The notes beneath the pieces were generated by a model. The model was given only the letters and a program-made list of their open reading frames with translations. It was not told where the DNA came from and searched no databases. A stretch of 64,000 nt of DNA. Origin: an uncultured Holophagales bacterium. GTDB taxonomy: Bacteria > Acidobacteriota > Thermoanaerobaculia > Multivoradales > UBA5704. Below, piece after piece: positions 52,202-61,744 of the stretch. Both the position numbers and the translations under genes were made by a program. Where the stretch lies: positions 1 through 64,000 of the forward strand of contig CAWJGT010000013.1 in NCBI GenBank assembly GCA_963842525.1. Direction: 5' to 3'. The stretch's first letter is position 1; every line of letters begins with the position of its first letter.

Positions 52202-52369
52202 ATGAAGAAGACCCTGCGGAAGCTGACCCTGAGCAAAGAGACCCTGCGCAGCCTGGAAGCTCGGGGCCGTGGACTGGGCCCCGTCCAGATGTCTTGCGAG
52301 CAGAGCTGCTACGACATGTCCTGTGAAGGAGGGTGCGGGATCTCGGAGGGTGCCACGACCGAGAAGTAG
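52202..52369 (+). CDS. RiPP-like precursor peptide
   Basis: RBS AGGAGG; MKKTLRKLTLSKETLRSL leader; core MSCEQSCYDMSCEGGCGISEGATTEK. Confidence 0.75.
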   Translation: MKKTLRKLTLSKETLRSLEARGRGLGPVQMSCEQSCYDMSCEGGCGISEGATTEK

Positions 52370-52447
52370 TGCCGCTGGAGGCAGGATACGATCCTCTTCG
52401 CACCGGGCCGCCGCTCCGGGCGGCTCCGGGTTTCGAGGAGAGGAAGC

Positions 52448-52918
52448 ATGCGCAGCTCCTTGGTCCTGTCCTTCCTGCTGGTCCTGTGTCTGCCCGGATG
52501 CCGGGCGCCGGAACGGAGCGCCGAGACGCCCGCCCCTCCCGCAGCGGACACAGCCAGCACAGCCACTTCCAACACAGCCAGCTCGGACACGCCGAGCGCC
52601 GACGGTCTCGTGAACAAAGTGTGGACCCGGTCCGATGAGGGCGGGCCTCTGGGGGAGATGCGGATCTTCCTCGCGGACGGCACGCTGGTCCAGGATTCGT
52701 GCTGGGAGGTCTACGCTCTCCGCACGTGGCGGCGGGTCTCGGCAGAGGAGATCGTGTTCGTGGAGGACATCGAGATCCCCGCGCGGATCGTGGCCGTGAA
52801 CGAGGACGAGCTGCGGCTCTCCCTGTCCCTGGTGGACGGCACCCGGCAGGAGGTCGCCTACCGGCGCGCCCAGGTCCCCTACGTCTGTCCGGAGATGAAA
52901 TCGAGGCCAGAGAGCTGA
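52448..52918 (+). CDS. Hypothetical lipoprotein
   Basis: Lipobox LPGC; IFLADGTLVQDSCWE..YVCP. Confidence 0.75.
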   Translation: MRSSLVLSFLLVLCLPGCRAPERSAETPAPPAADTASTATSNTASSDTPSADGLVNKVWTRSDEGGPLGEMRIFLADGTLVQDSCWEVYALRTWRRVSAEEIVFVEDIEIPARIVAVNEDELRLSLSLVDGTRQEVAYRRAQVPYVCPEMKSRPES

Positions 52919-52978
52919 AGAGAGGGCGCGGGCAAACCCCGGGGCGCCGGATCTCGTATCCAGAGAGGAGGTGACGCA

Positions 52979-53527
52979 ATGACCGATTCCACCCCTCCTC
53001 TCCTGCTCCTGATCGCCGGGGCCGCCCTGCTGTTCGCCGGCCGGCGCCTGTTCTGGCTGTTCGTCGGCCTGGTGGGCTTCTTCGCCGGGCTCCGTTTCGC
53101 CGCCGGGTTCCTCCACAGCGAGCCTGGCTGGCCGCAATGGATGGTGGCGGCCCTGTGCGGGATCCTCGGGATCTTCCTGGCGCTGGTTCTCCAGCGGGCG
53201 GCAGTAGCGCTGGCCGGCTTTTTTGTAGGCGGCTTTTTCGTCGTCCGCCTGCTCGGCCTCGACCTCTCACCTCCACAACTGGTCCCTGTGCTGCTCTTCG
53301 GCCTGGGAGGCGTGCTGGCCGCGGTCCTGGCCCTCTGGGTGTTCGACGCGGCCTTGATCTTCCTCTCCTCACTCGCTGGAGCCGGGCTGGTCCTCGACGC
53401 CTTGGACCTCCGGCAGGGTCTTGCCGGCCTCATCTTCATCGGTCTTGTCGTGTTGGGGATCGCGGTGCAGGCAGGGATCACCGCCCGAGGCGCACCACCG
53501 CCGCGAGCGCGGCCGGCGCTGCGATAA
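52979..53527 (+). CDS. DUF4203/TM7S3-like membrane protein
   Basis: LFAGRRLFWLFV, SSLAGA, GIAVQ; multiple TMs. Confidence 0.75.
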   Translation: MTDSTPPLLLLIAGAALLFAGRRLFWLFVGLVGFFAGLRFAAGFLHSEPGWPQWMVAALCGILGIFLALVLQRAAVALAGFFVGGFFVVRLLGLDLSPPQLVPVLLFGLGGVLAAVLALWVFDAALIFLSSLAGAGLVLDALDLRQGLAGLIFIGLVVLGIAVQAGITARGAPPPRARPALR

Positions 53528-53549
53528 CATTCTGGCGCAGCCAGACTTT

Positions 53550-54395
53550 ATGATCGCCGACAGCCCTTTTGCGGATCTGACGGGACGCGTGGCTGTCGTC
53601 ATCGGAGGCGGCAGCGGCATCGGTCGCGGCATCGCGCTCGGCTTGGCCGGAGAAGGCATGCAGGTGGTCGTCGCCGACATCGACGCAGCGTCAGCGGACG
53701 CGGTGCGGAGCGAAATCGAGGCGGCTGGCGGAACCGCCCTCGCAGCTCATATCGATGCCACCGACCGCGGCTCGCTCGGCGAGCTGGCCGACCACGCCGT
53801 CCGGGAGCTCGGCGCGGTCCACGTGCTGGTGAACACGGTCGGCGCCATCGTGGACCGCCGGCTGGACGAGGCCACCGAGGACGACTGGGGCTGGATGCTC
53901 GAGCTCAACCTCATGGCCCAGGTGCGCAGCGTCGCCGTCTTCCTGCCCCGGCTGCGGGCCTCGGGCGGGCCTGCCCACATCCTGCTCACGTCGTCCATGG
54001 CCGGCCTGCTCGCATCTCCGCCCGACCGGAGCCGCGGCTTCCACCTCGGCCTGTACACGACGGCGAAGCATGCGCTGATCGGTTTCAGCGAAATGTTGCG
54101 TCTGGAGCTTGCGCCGGAAGGCATCGGCGTGTCGGTCCTGTGCCCGACCCGGGTGGCCGGTAACCTGGCGGTCACCTCGGCAAGAAACCGCCCTGAAAGG
54201 TTCGGCGGGCCGACGGAGGATCCCCAAGGTGGCCAGGAGGCGCCCCTGGAGCTGATTCCGAACGAAGCCGTCGGGCCGCTGGTCGTGCGAGGGATCCGGG
54301 CCAACCGCTTCTACATCTTCACCCACCCCGAAGCAGTAAAGCTCGTCGAGGAAAGCCACCGCCAGCTCCTCGATGACGTCGCGTTCGGCACGTGA
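53550..54395 (+). CDS. SDR oxidoreductase
   Basis: GGGSGIG, SSMAG, YTTAK, GVSVLCP. Confidence 0.88.
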   Translation: MIADSPFADLTGRVAVVIGGGSGIGRGIALGLAGEGMQVVVADIDAASADAVRSEIEAAGGTALAAHIDATDRGSLGELADHAVRELGAVHVLVNTVGAIVDRRLDEATEDDWGWMLELNLMAQVRSVAVFLPRLRASGGPAHILLTSSMAGLLASPPDRSRGFHLGLYTTAKHALIGFSEMLRLELAPEGIGVSVLCPTRVAGNLAVTSARNRPERFGGPTEDPQGGQEAPLELIPNEAVGPLVVRGIRANRFYIFTHPEAVKLVEESHRQLLDDVAFGT

Positions 54396-54515
54396 GCATC
54401 CTTCGCATTCAGAGAACGCCGACTGGTGAGCGACCTGTTACGAGTGATCTCTCACAGGCTGCGGAACTGGCATCCAATAAGCAAGCGGTGGCTCCAGCGG
54501 GCTATAGATGTCATC

Positions 54516-55121
54516 CTACCGCTCAAACTGATAGAGATCGTGCCATCCGCCCGGCCGGCTGACCATGGCCCAGGCAGACAGGCAGGAGATCGCCGCATCC
54601 CTCTCATGATCACCAAAGTCGCGCCGAGGTGAGATACACCACTCTGGAAGATCCGCAAGCGTGATCTCCGCCACCGGGGAGCGCCGCCTTGTGATCCCGG
54701 CGATCCATAGCCACGCTTTCGGGTGTGCTTCTGAGAGGGGGATTCCTTTGAATCTCTCGCGAAGGAGGACCCCGGTCATCATCCCTTGCACCACGCAAGC
54801 TCCCCGTAGCGAGTTCACATGCTGCACCGTCCCTTCCGCGCTCCCACAGCCTGCATTACGGATCTGCTGACGCAGCACGGGCTCCACCCGCCGGCCTTCG
54901 CCTCGGCTCCAGATCAGTGGCGCGTCGAGCCCGGCCGCCACCGGTAGCTCTGAGCCAGGAATCAACCTGCTGGCCGCACAGACTGCATCCTTGGCATGCC
55001 TGGCAATGCCTGCCTCGACAACAGCCAAGGGCAGCTCACTCGCGTTTTCCGTTGCCTCGCGTGCCACGCACCAGCCGAACTTGCCAGCACCGCCGGGATC
55101 GAACCCCAGATAGATGGACAT
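54516..55121 (-). CDS. DUF429 (RNase H-like fold) protein
   Basis: LGFDPG, GLDAPL, EAHP, RDAAI. Confidence 0.75.
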   Translation of the reverse strand: MSIYLGFDPGGAGKFGWCVAREATENASELPLAVVEAGIARHAKDAVCAASRLIPGSELPVAAGLDAPLIWSRGEGRRVEPVLRQQIRNAGCGSAEGTVQHVNSLRGACVVQGMMTGVLLRERFKGIPLSEAHPKAWLWIAGITRRRSPVAEITLADLPEWCISPRRDFGDHERDAAISCLSAWAMVSRPGGWHDLYQFER

Positions 55122-55273
55122 TCAAACCTCCCGAGACGCCAAGCTGCTCAGCAGGTCAGGGATGAGGATACACCAGGGACCAGGGGGCAGGGGAGGGGCC
55201 TGCAGGAACTGGGAAACGCACCGGGAGGTCCGTCTACTGGAAAGGAAGCGTCATCCAACCCAGGAGGTGAGCC

Positions 55274-55708
55274 ATGGCGGAACCGTTGATTCGAAGTGAA
55301 GCCGATCGCCTTGAAGAGTTACTTCTCCAGCGACAGGAGGTGAGCAGCGCCGCCGACGCAGTGCTGACCCGGATGGCGGGGGAGACTTCTCTACCCGGTG
55401 TGGAGGTCCCCTCCATCCGGCTCCGATCCACGGATCGCGTCGCAGTCCGCGTCCACAAGGAAGGGGTTTTCTATAGCCTCACGTATAACCGCCAGCCGCT
55501 GCCCTTCAATGAGACCGGTGTATACCCTTTGAGTCTCTCCCCCGGTACCAACGGCCTCGGTTGGCTGGTTTTCAAGGCCAAGGACCGCTGGGCCTATCAG
55601 GTCGAGCTGGTTGTCAACAACAACGTCGTGGTATTGGATCGCCGCAGTCATACGGACGGCTCGTCTCTCCCCCAAATCGGACAGCGGGCGCTCATAGTGG
55701 AGGCCTGA
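55274..55708 (+). CDS. Hypothetical protein
   Basis: RBS GGAGG; stop 1 nt before the next start. Confidence 0.65.
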   Translation: MAEPLIRSEADRLEELLLQRQEVSSAADAVLTRMAGETSLPGVEVPSIRLRSTDRVAVRVHKEGVFYSLTYNRQPLPFNETGVYPLSLSPGTNGLGWLVFKAKDRWAYQVELVVNNNVVVLDRRSHTDGSSLPQIGQRALIVEA

Positions 55709-55709
55709 C

Positions 55710-56864
55710 ATGAAACGCGACAATCTCCTTCCCTTCGCCACAGTGTTGGTGGTCGGCTTGCTCGTCCCCGCCAACGCCAGAGCCCAGCTTGTCTTGCCGG
55801 CCGCGGACACCGACCAACTCACAACGGAAGCCAGGAACGAGTTGGCCCAGCGCCTGGACCGCGACGACGCCATCCGCGACAACAGCAGCTCCAATGCCGA
55901 CGGTGCCAGCTTCGTAGAGTCCGCCACGGCGGTCCGGGGCTGGTCCCTGGCCATCAACGGGAGCAGCACATTCGATTCGTTCCGCTTTCCGATCACGCTC
56001 AGCTCTAGCCTGGCGCAGCTCGCCCACCCGCTACGCAATCCGGCTTTCACTACGAATCGCCTACTCAATTCCCAGCTCAGCGCCACCTATACGCCCCTCG
56101 AGGTAGGGACCGAGGAGGTCGACAGGCCTGGGGGAAGCGACACGCAACTGAAGACGGAAGCGGGGAAGAAGGTGGTGGCCAACTATAAGATCAGCCTCAC
56201 CAGGATCCATGACATCTCGGAACTCGATGCGAGGGTGTCCGCTGAGATCGCGAACGCTTTCAGTCAGGTCGCGCCGCGTTTTCAGGATCCAAACAATCCG
56301 AACCTTCCGAACCTGTTCGTCAACCAGGCACAGCTCCTCCAAGAGGTCCAGGCCCTGGTCCAGTCCAAGATCGACGCGATCGTGACGAGCTTCAAGCGCG
56401 ACCTCGACCGGCGCTGGAAGTGGTCCGCCAAGGCAGACTACACCCGGATTACGGAGGGTGATCAGCCGGACCAGTACGGGATTTCTCTGTTGGGAGGCCG
56501 CGAGGGGCTCGGGTCCGCGGAGCACCCGATAGGGATTGGTACCACGCTGGCCTGGAGCCGGTCGCGGGAGAATGCGCTCGTGGATACTTCTGAAGCGGTG
56601 TCGTTGGGGGGCGCGCTCGGGATCGGTCTTCGTGAGGGCATCGAGCTCAAGATTGAAGCCCAAGGCAACCGCTACATGGGAGACGGTTTCGCCGGCATCC
56701 CTGGAGTCCTCGACAGCACAGCCGACTCGGAGGTCAACCTTGCTGAGAGCCTTGTCTTCAAGATCGCGGGCGGCCAGAAGCTTGCGCTGACCTTGAAGCA
56801 GTTGCACCTGACGACCGGTGATACGGATTTTGCGCTAGTGACAGGATTCGGCTACAGCTTCTGA
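55710..56864 (+). CDS. Secreted, probably outer-membrane beta-barrel hypothetical protein
   Basis: Signal peptide (ARA-Q), alternating beta strands, C-terminal GFGYSF. Confidence 0.65.
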   Translation: MKRDNLLPFATVLVVGLLVPANARAQLVLPAADTDQLTTEARNELAQRLDRDDAIRDNSSSNADGASFVESATAVRGWSLAINGSSTFDSFRFPITLSSSLAQLAHPLRNPAFTTNRLLNSQLSATYTPLEVGTEEVDRPGGSDTQLKTEAGKKVVANYKISLTRIHDISELDARVSAEIANAFSQVAPRFQDPNNPNLPNLFVNQAQLLQEVQALVQSKIDAIVTSFKRDLDRRWKWSAKADYTRITEGDQPDQYGISLLGGREGLGSAEHPIGIGTTLAWSRSRENALVDTSEAVSLGGALGIGLREGIELKIEAQGNRYMGDGFAGIPGVLDSTADSEVNLAESLVFKIAGGQKLALTLKQLHLTTGDTDFALVTGFGYSF

Positions 56865-56869
56865 GGGGC

Positions 56870-57000
56870 GTCGGTGAGTCCCGAGGAGCCGCCCTCCCGC
56901 CCGGCCGATCGCAGGTCGAAAAGCAAATGGAATCGGAGGCGTCGGAATGGATCGTGTCCACCAGCAGGCGGGTCAGCCAGCGGGGCTCCCGCACGATCAC
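56870..57000 (-). pseudogene. Truncated Doc/Fic toxin
   Basis: Starts at the AbrB stop: VREPRWLTRLLVDTIH, typical of a Doc N-terminus; similarity then ends and no HxFxDGNKR motif follows. Confidence 0.6.
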
Positions 57001-57224
57001 TCCGCCAGTTTCTTGAGCGTGTTGCGGTACTGCCGGCGGACTTCAGCGAAGGCCTGCATGCCGTCGTGGAAGTCAGGATTGTAGGGTGTCAGGAGAACTC
57101 CGTTCTCCGTCTCGATGGCGAACATCCGATCCCCCGGCGCGACCTGGAGCCGCTCGGCGATCTCCTTGGGCAGTGTGGCGGTCACCGAGCCTCCCGCCTG
57201 CCTCAAAGTGATTTCCTTGACCAT
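56997..57224 (-). CDS. AbrB/MazE-type antitoxin
   Basis: LRQAGGSVTATLPK..GD..ENGVLLTPY..YRNTLKKLAE. Confidence 0.88.
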   Translation of the reverse strand: MVKEITLRQAGGSVTATLPKEIAERLQVAPGDRMFAIETENGVLLTPYNPDFHDGMQAFAEVRRQYRNTLKKLAE

Positions 57225-57304
57225 GACTCACCTCCAGAACAAGAGTAGCACCTATGTAGCATGAACGCGGTGGACGGCGAAGGGCAGGCCCGCCGCTATG
57301 ACTC

Positions 57305-57490
57305 CAGACCTCCTGACATAGAGGGTGGCAAACTTGTCCGCTTTTTCTCCTAAACGGGGGGCCGCGGTGGCGCGTGCAGGCGAAGCCGAAATCGGCGACA
57401 CAAAAAAGCGGACAGGTTCGGATCCGCACCTCCAGCAAGCCTCACCCTCATGTTTTCAATGACTTGGGAGGTTCTATGTCAGGAGGTCTG
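57305..57490. mobile_element. 186-bp MITE with 18-bp perfect TIRs and 5-bp target-site duplication
   Basis: CAGACCTCCTGACATAGA / TCTATGTCAGGAGGTCTG; GACTC at both 57300-57304 and 57491-57495. Confidence 0.85.
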
Positions 57491-58002
57491 GACTCAGAAC
57501 CCCCAGAACGCGGCGCTTGCCGGGTGTACAGCGCCTCGCGGTGAGGGCGGCCTTCGCGGACGAGGTGGATGCGGCCGTAGCGCTCCATGCGGCGGAGGAC
57601 TACGGAGATCTGGCGGGGCTCGGCGGGTTTGCGGAGACCTTTGCCGAAGCGGCGGTTGATTTCCTTGGTGACGAAGGCCGGGCCGAAACGGTCGGCCTCG
57701 CCCAGGGCGTCGATGATTTTCTTCACCATCCGGCCCAGCTTGGGACGATAGGCGGGACCGAAGTCTTCGTCCTCCTCAGGACGGGGTGGCACGACCCGCT
57801 CGGCGAGCTCCAGGATGGCGGACGAGGCGGACTTGAAGGCGTCCAGGCGCGCGGTGATCTGCTCGAGCTCCGAAGCGTGATGGGCCCGCTGCTGCCGGTG
57901 CTGCTCTTCCTGCCCGCCATGGTAGGACTCGCGGTCACGATGGAAGGCGGCCTGTGCCTCCAGCCTTGCGACGATCTCGGACATGGAACGGTTGGCTCTC
58001 AT
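57448..58002 (-). CDS. Hypothetical coiled-coil + winged-HTH protein; C-terminus extended by the MITE
   Basis: RBS AGGAGG; coiled coil, then VTKEINRRF..QISVVLRRM..GRIHLVREGRP. Confidence 0.7.
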   Translation of the reverse strand: MRANRSMSEIVARLEAQAAFHRDRESYHGGQEEQHRQQRAHHASELEQITARLDAFKSASSAILELAERVVPPRPEEDEDFGPAYRPKLGRMVKKIIDALGEADRFGPAFVTKEINRRFGKGLRKPAEPRQISVVLRRMERYGRIHLVREGRPHREALYTRQAPRSGGSESRPPDIEPPKSLKT

Positions 58003-58434
58003 CGACCCTCCTTCAGATCTCGACAGCGCGGAAAACCATCCGGTCCGCCCGCTGAGACCCTGCCTACGCGGGCCTGCGGACCCGCCCTATCGGCCTCCTC
58101 AGGTCCGCAATTCATATCGACCCGGAGAAGAGGGGCTGTGAGACTGAGGCCGGATGCCGCAAGACTTCTGCAATACGCGGCATATCCCTCGACAGTGCAC
58201 CGGCAGCGGTCTTCTTTCGCGGCGTAGTATACCCGGTTCGCGCCTTTGAGGGCAGAAGGAGCGAGACGCCGCGTAGTTTTCCTCGCGACTGGGTCGAAGG
58301 TCGCGACAAATCAAGCGAATGCGGGAGGCGGTTGCCGGGGAATCGCGTTTTTTAATCCTGCATGGCTCCGGTGCAGACCGGCGGTCGCGGCACGTTAACG
58401 TTGGGTAGTGACTGCCCACGGGCATTCGCGACAG

Positions 58435-61400
58435 CTACGGCGCGGCCGGAGCCGCCACGTACACCACCGGCAGCCCCAGCCCTTTCGCCGTTTCGTTCAG
58501 CGCGGCGAGATCCTTGTCGAGCAGCGACTGGAGCTCGGCCACGTAGCCGTCGAGCTCGGACTTCTGGGCGGCGAAGACCTCGCGCCCGCCCTGGGTGGGT
58601 GGGCCGTCGCCGTCCTGCACCCAGCCGAGGAAGGGCGAGAGGCGCGAGTAGAGCTTCGCCCCTCCTTTCATGGCCAGGATGTCGTAGGAGATCTCGGCCT
58701 TGGGGTTATGCAGCCGCGCCTCCAGGGCGTCGAGCTTGCCGATCAGCTCCTGGGAGGACGTCCGGAGTGCTTCCGCCTGGGGCTCGTTGGCGAGCAGCTC
58801 GTTGCGGGTGGCGAGCTGTTTGCGGGTGGACTGGAGCCGCAGGACGGTGCGCGTCAGGCGCGTGATCTCGTCGCGGACGGCGAGGGCGAGCCGGAGCTGC
58901 GCGTCGAGGTCCTGCTGCGAGACCTGGGACGCCGGATCGGGGAGGAGCCGGAAGGTCCGGGTCTGGCTCTTGCCGTCGACCGTCAGGCGCGCGGTGTAGG
59001 TGCCTGGCACCGCGGACGGACCGAACAGGGGGTAGCCGCTGTCGAGCATGGCCCCCGGGATCATCTCGGACCCGAGCCAATTCAGTCCCCAGACGGCCCG
59101 CTGGAGGCCCTTGCCCTTGGGGATCGCGAGCTCCGCGAGCCCCTCGCGTTCCTCCTCGACGTACTCGGTCGACCCGGTGGGCTCCAGGGCCTTGCTGGAG
59201 AGCTTGTCGACGAGCGTGCCGTTCGCGTCCAGGATCTCGAGTTTGACGTCTCCTTTGGGCTCGGCCTTCAGCCAATAGAAGATCTGCGCTCCCCGCGGCG
59301 GATTGGGAGCGCTGAAGCCGTCGCGTTCGGTCGAGGCATAGGACCGGCGGACGACGTCCGAGACGGGGAAGAGATGGACCTCCTCGTCCGTCAACTGCTT
59401 CGAGATCGCGCGCACAGCCGCGAGGTCGTCGAGGATCCAGATCGACCGGCCGTGGGTGCCGACGACGAGGCTGCCATCCTTGACCTGCAGGTCATGGACG
59501 GCCACGGTCGGGAGGTTGAGCTTGAGCGAGCGCCAGGTGGCGCCGTCGTCGGTCGAGAAGGTCACGCCGCGCTCGGTGCCGAGGTAGAGCGACCCCTTGC
59601 GCGCCGGGTCCTCGCGCACCGCATGGAGATAGACGTCGCGCGGCAGGCCGCCGTCGAGCCGCTTCCAGGTGCGGCCGAGGTCGGTGGTCTTCCACAGGTA
59701 GGGCCGCATGTCGTCCAGCCGGTGGGCGTCCACCACCAGATAGGCGGTGCCGGCCTCGGAGTGCGACGGCTCGATCATGCTGACCGTGCCCCATTCGGGC
59801 AGGCCGGGGATGGCCGCGGTGACGTTCTTCCAGTGGGCTCCGCCGTCCTCGGTGACGTGGAGAAGGCCATCATCGCTGCCGGCCCAGATCACCCCTTGGC
59901 GGACGGGAGATTCGGCGATGACGAAGACCGTGCAATAGGTCTCGACGCCGGTGTTGTCCCCGGTGATGGGACCGCCCGACCACTGCTGCTTCGATTTGTC
60001 GTTGCGTGTCAGGTCGCCGCTGATCGTGGTCCACGTCTGGCCGCCGTCCTGCGTGCGGAAGACCACGTTGCCGCCGTAGTAGACGGTCTTGGGGTCGTGC
60101 CGCGAAATGTGGATCGGGGCCGTCCATTGGAAGCGGTAGCGCATCTGCTCGCCGCCCCAGCCCGAAGGGTTGTCCGGCCAGGGGCTCGACGTTGCGCGCC
60201 TGCCGGGTGCGGTGGTCGTAGCGCGAGAGATAGCCGAGGTATTCGCCGGCATAGACGATGTTCGGGTCCGACGGATCCGACTCCACCCAGCCGGCCTCGC
60301 CGCCGCCCACGGTGTACCAGTCGGTGTTGCGGATGCCGGCCGAGCCGAGCGAGTTGCTCGGGGCCTGCGCCGTACCGATGTCCTGCATGGCGCCCGCGAC
60401 ATGGAAGGGGACCCGGTTGTCCACGGACACGTGGTAGAACTGGCCGATCGGCAGCGGCGGCATGGTCCAGGTCTCGCCGCCGTCGAGCGAGATGTCGACG
60501 CCGCCGTCGTGGGCCGAGATCATCCGCCGGGGGTCCTTGGGGTCGATCCACAGGTCGTGGTGGTCGCCGTGATGGATGCCGCGGACGTGGCGGAAGGTCT
60601 TGCCGCCGTCGATGCTCTTGAGCATGGGCACCTGCGGGCACCAGACCTCGTCGGGGTTGTTGGGGTGGACGGTGAGCGTCGTGTAATACCAGGCGCGCTG
60701 CCGCAGCTCGCGGTTGGCGCTGGCCAGCTTCCAGGACTCGCCGCCGTCGTCAGAGCGGAACAGCCCGCCCTTCTCGGCCTCGATGAGCGCGTAGACCCGC
60801 CGTCCGTCCGAGGGCGCGACCGCGACTCCGACCTTGCCCCAGGTCCCGTCGGGCAGCCCGCTGCCGGTGAGCTGCTTCCAACTGTCGCCGCCGTCGCGCG
60901 AGACCCAGAGGCCGCTGCCGGGGCCGCCGCTCGTCATCTCCCAGGGGCGGCGCCGCGCCTGCCAGAAGCCGGCGAAGACGATGCGCGGGTTCGACGGGTC
61001 GAGCGCCACGTCCGAAGCGCCGGTATCGGCGTCCTTCTTGAGGACCTGCTTCCAGCTCTTGCCGCCGTCGGTGGTGCGGTAGACGCCGCGCTCGGGGTTG
61101 GGGCCGAAGGCATGGCCGAGCACCGCGGCGAAGGCGACGTCGGGGTCCTTCGGGTGGACGACCATGGTCCCGATCTGCCCTTCCTGCTTCCAGACGTGGG
61201 TCCAGGTCTTGCCGCCATCGAGCGACTTGTAGATGCCGTTGCCGGCGGCCACGTTGCCGCGGATATTGGCCTCGCCGGAGCCGACGTAGACCACGTTGGG
61301 GTCCGACGGGGCAACGGCGATCGAGCCGATCGAAGAGATCGGCTGGTCGTCGAAGACCGGCTTCCACACCCCGCCGCCATTTTCGGACTTCCACACCCCG

Positions 61401-61663
61401 CCCGAAGCCGTCGCCGCGTACCAGATATTGGGATTGCCCGGCACCCCGGTCGCACGTGACACCCGGCCGCCCCAGGCCGGCCCGACATTGCGGTACTTGA
61501 GGGCCGAGATGCCTTCCGGGTCCTGGAGCCCCGCTACCGCCGCGGCCGGTTTCGGCTTGTCCTCGGCAGCGAAGGTGGTCCAGGGGAGGCCTGAGAACAG
61601 GATCGCGAGCAGAGCCCAAGCGGTCAGGGCGGAACGGCGCGGCAGTCCGGGCATGCGTGTCAC
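58435..61663 (-). CDS. Secreted VPS10/BNR-repeat glycosyl hydrolase-like protein (frameshift near 60183)
   Basis: Signal peptide, YRNVGPAWGGRV, many S.DGG.TW Asp-boxes; split across two frames. Confidence 0.88.
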
Positions 61664-61744
61664 CTCATGGGAAAGGAGGGTTCGAGACCGCCCGGCAGCT
61701 TAGCCAATGGCGGGGGTGGGGGCAAGGGCGGTAGTATGACGGCC

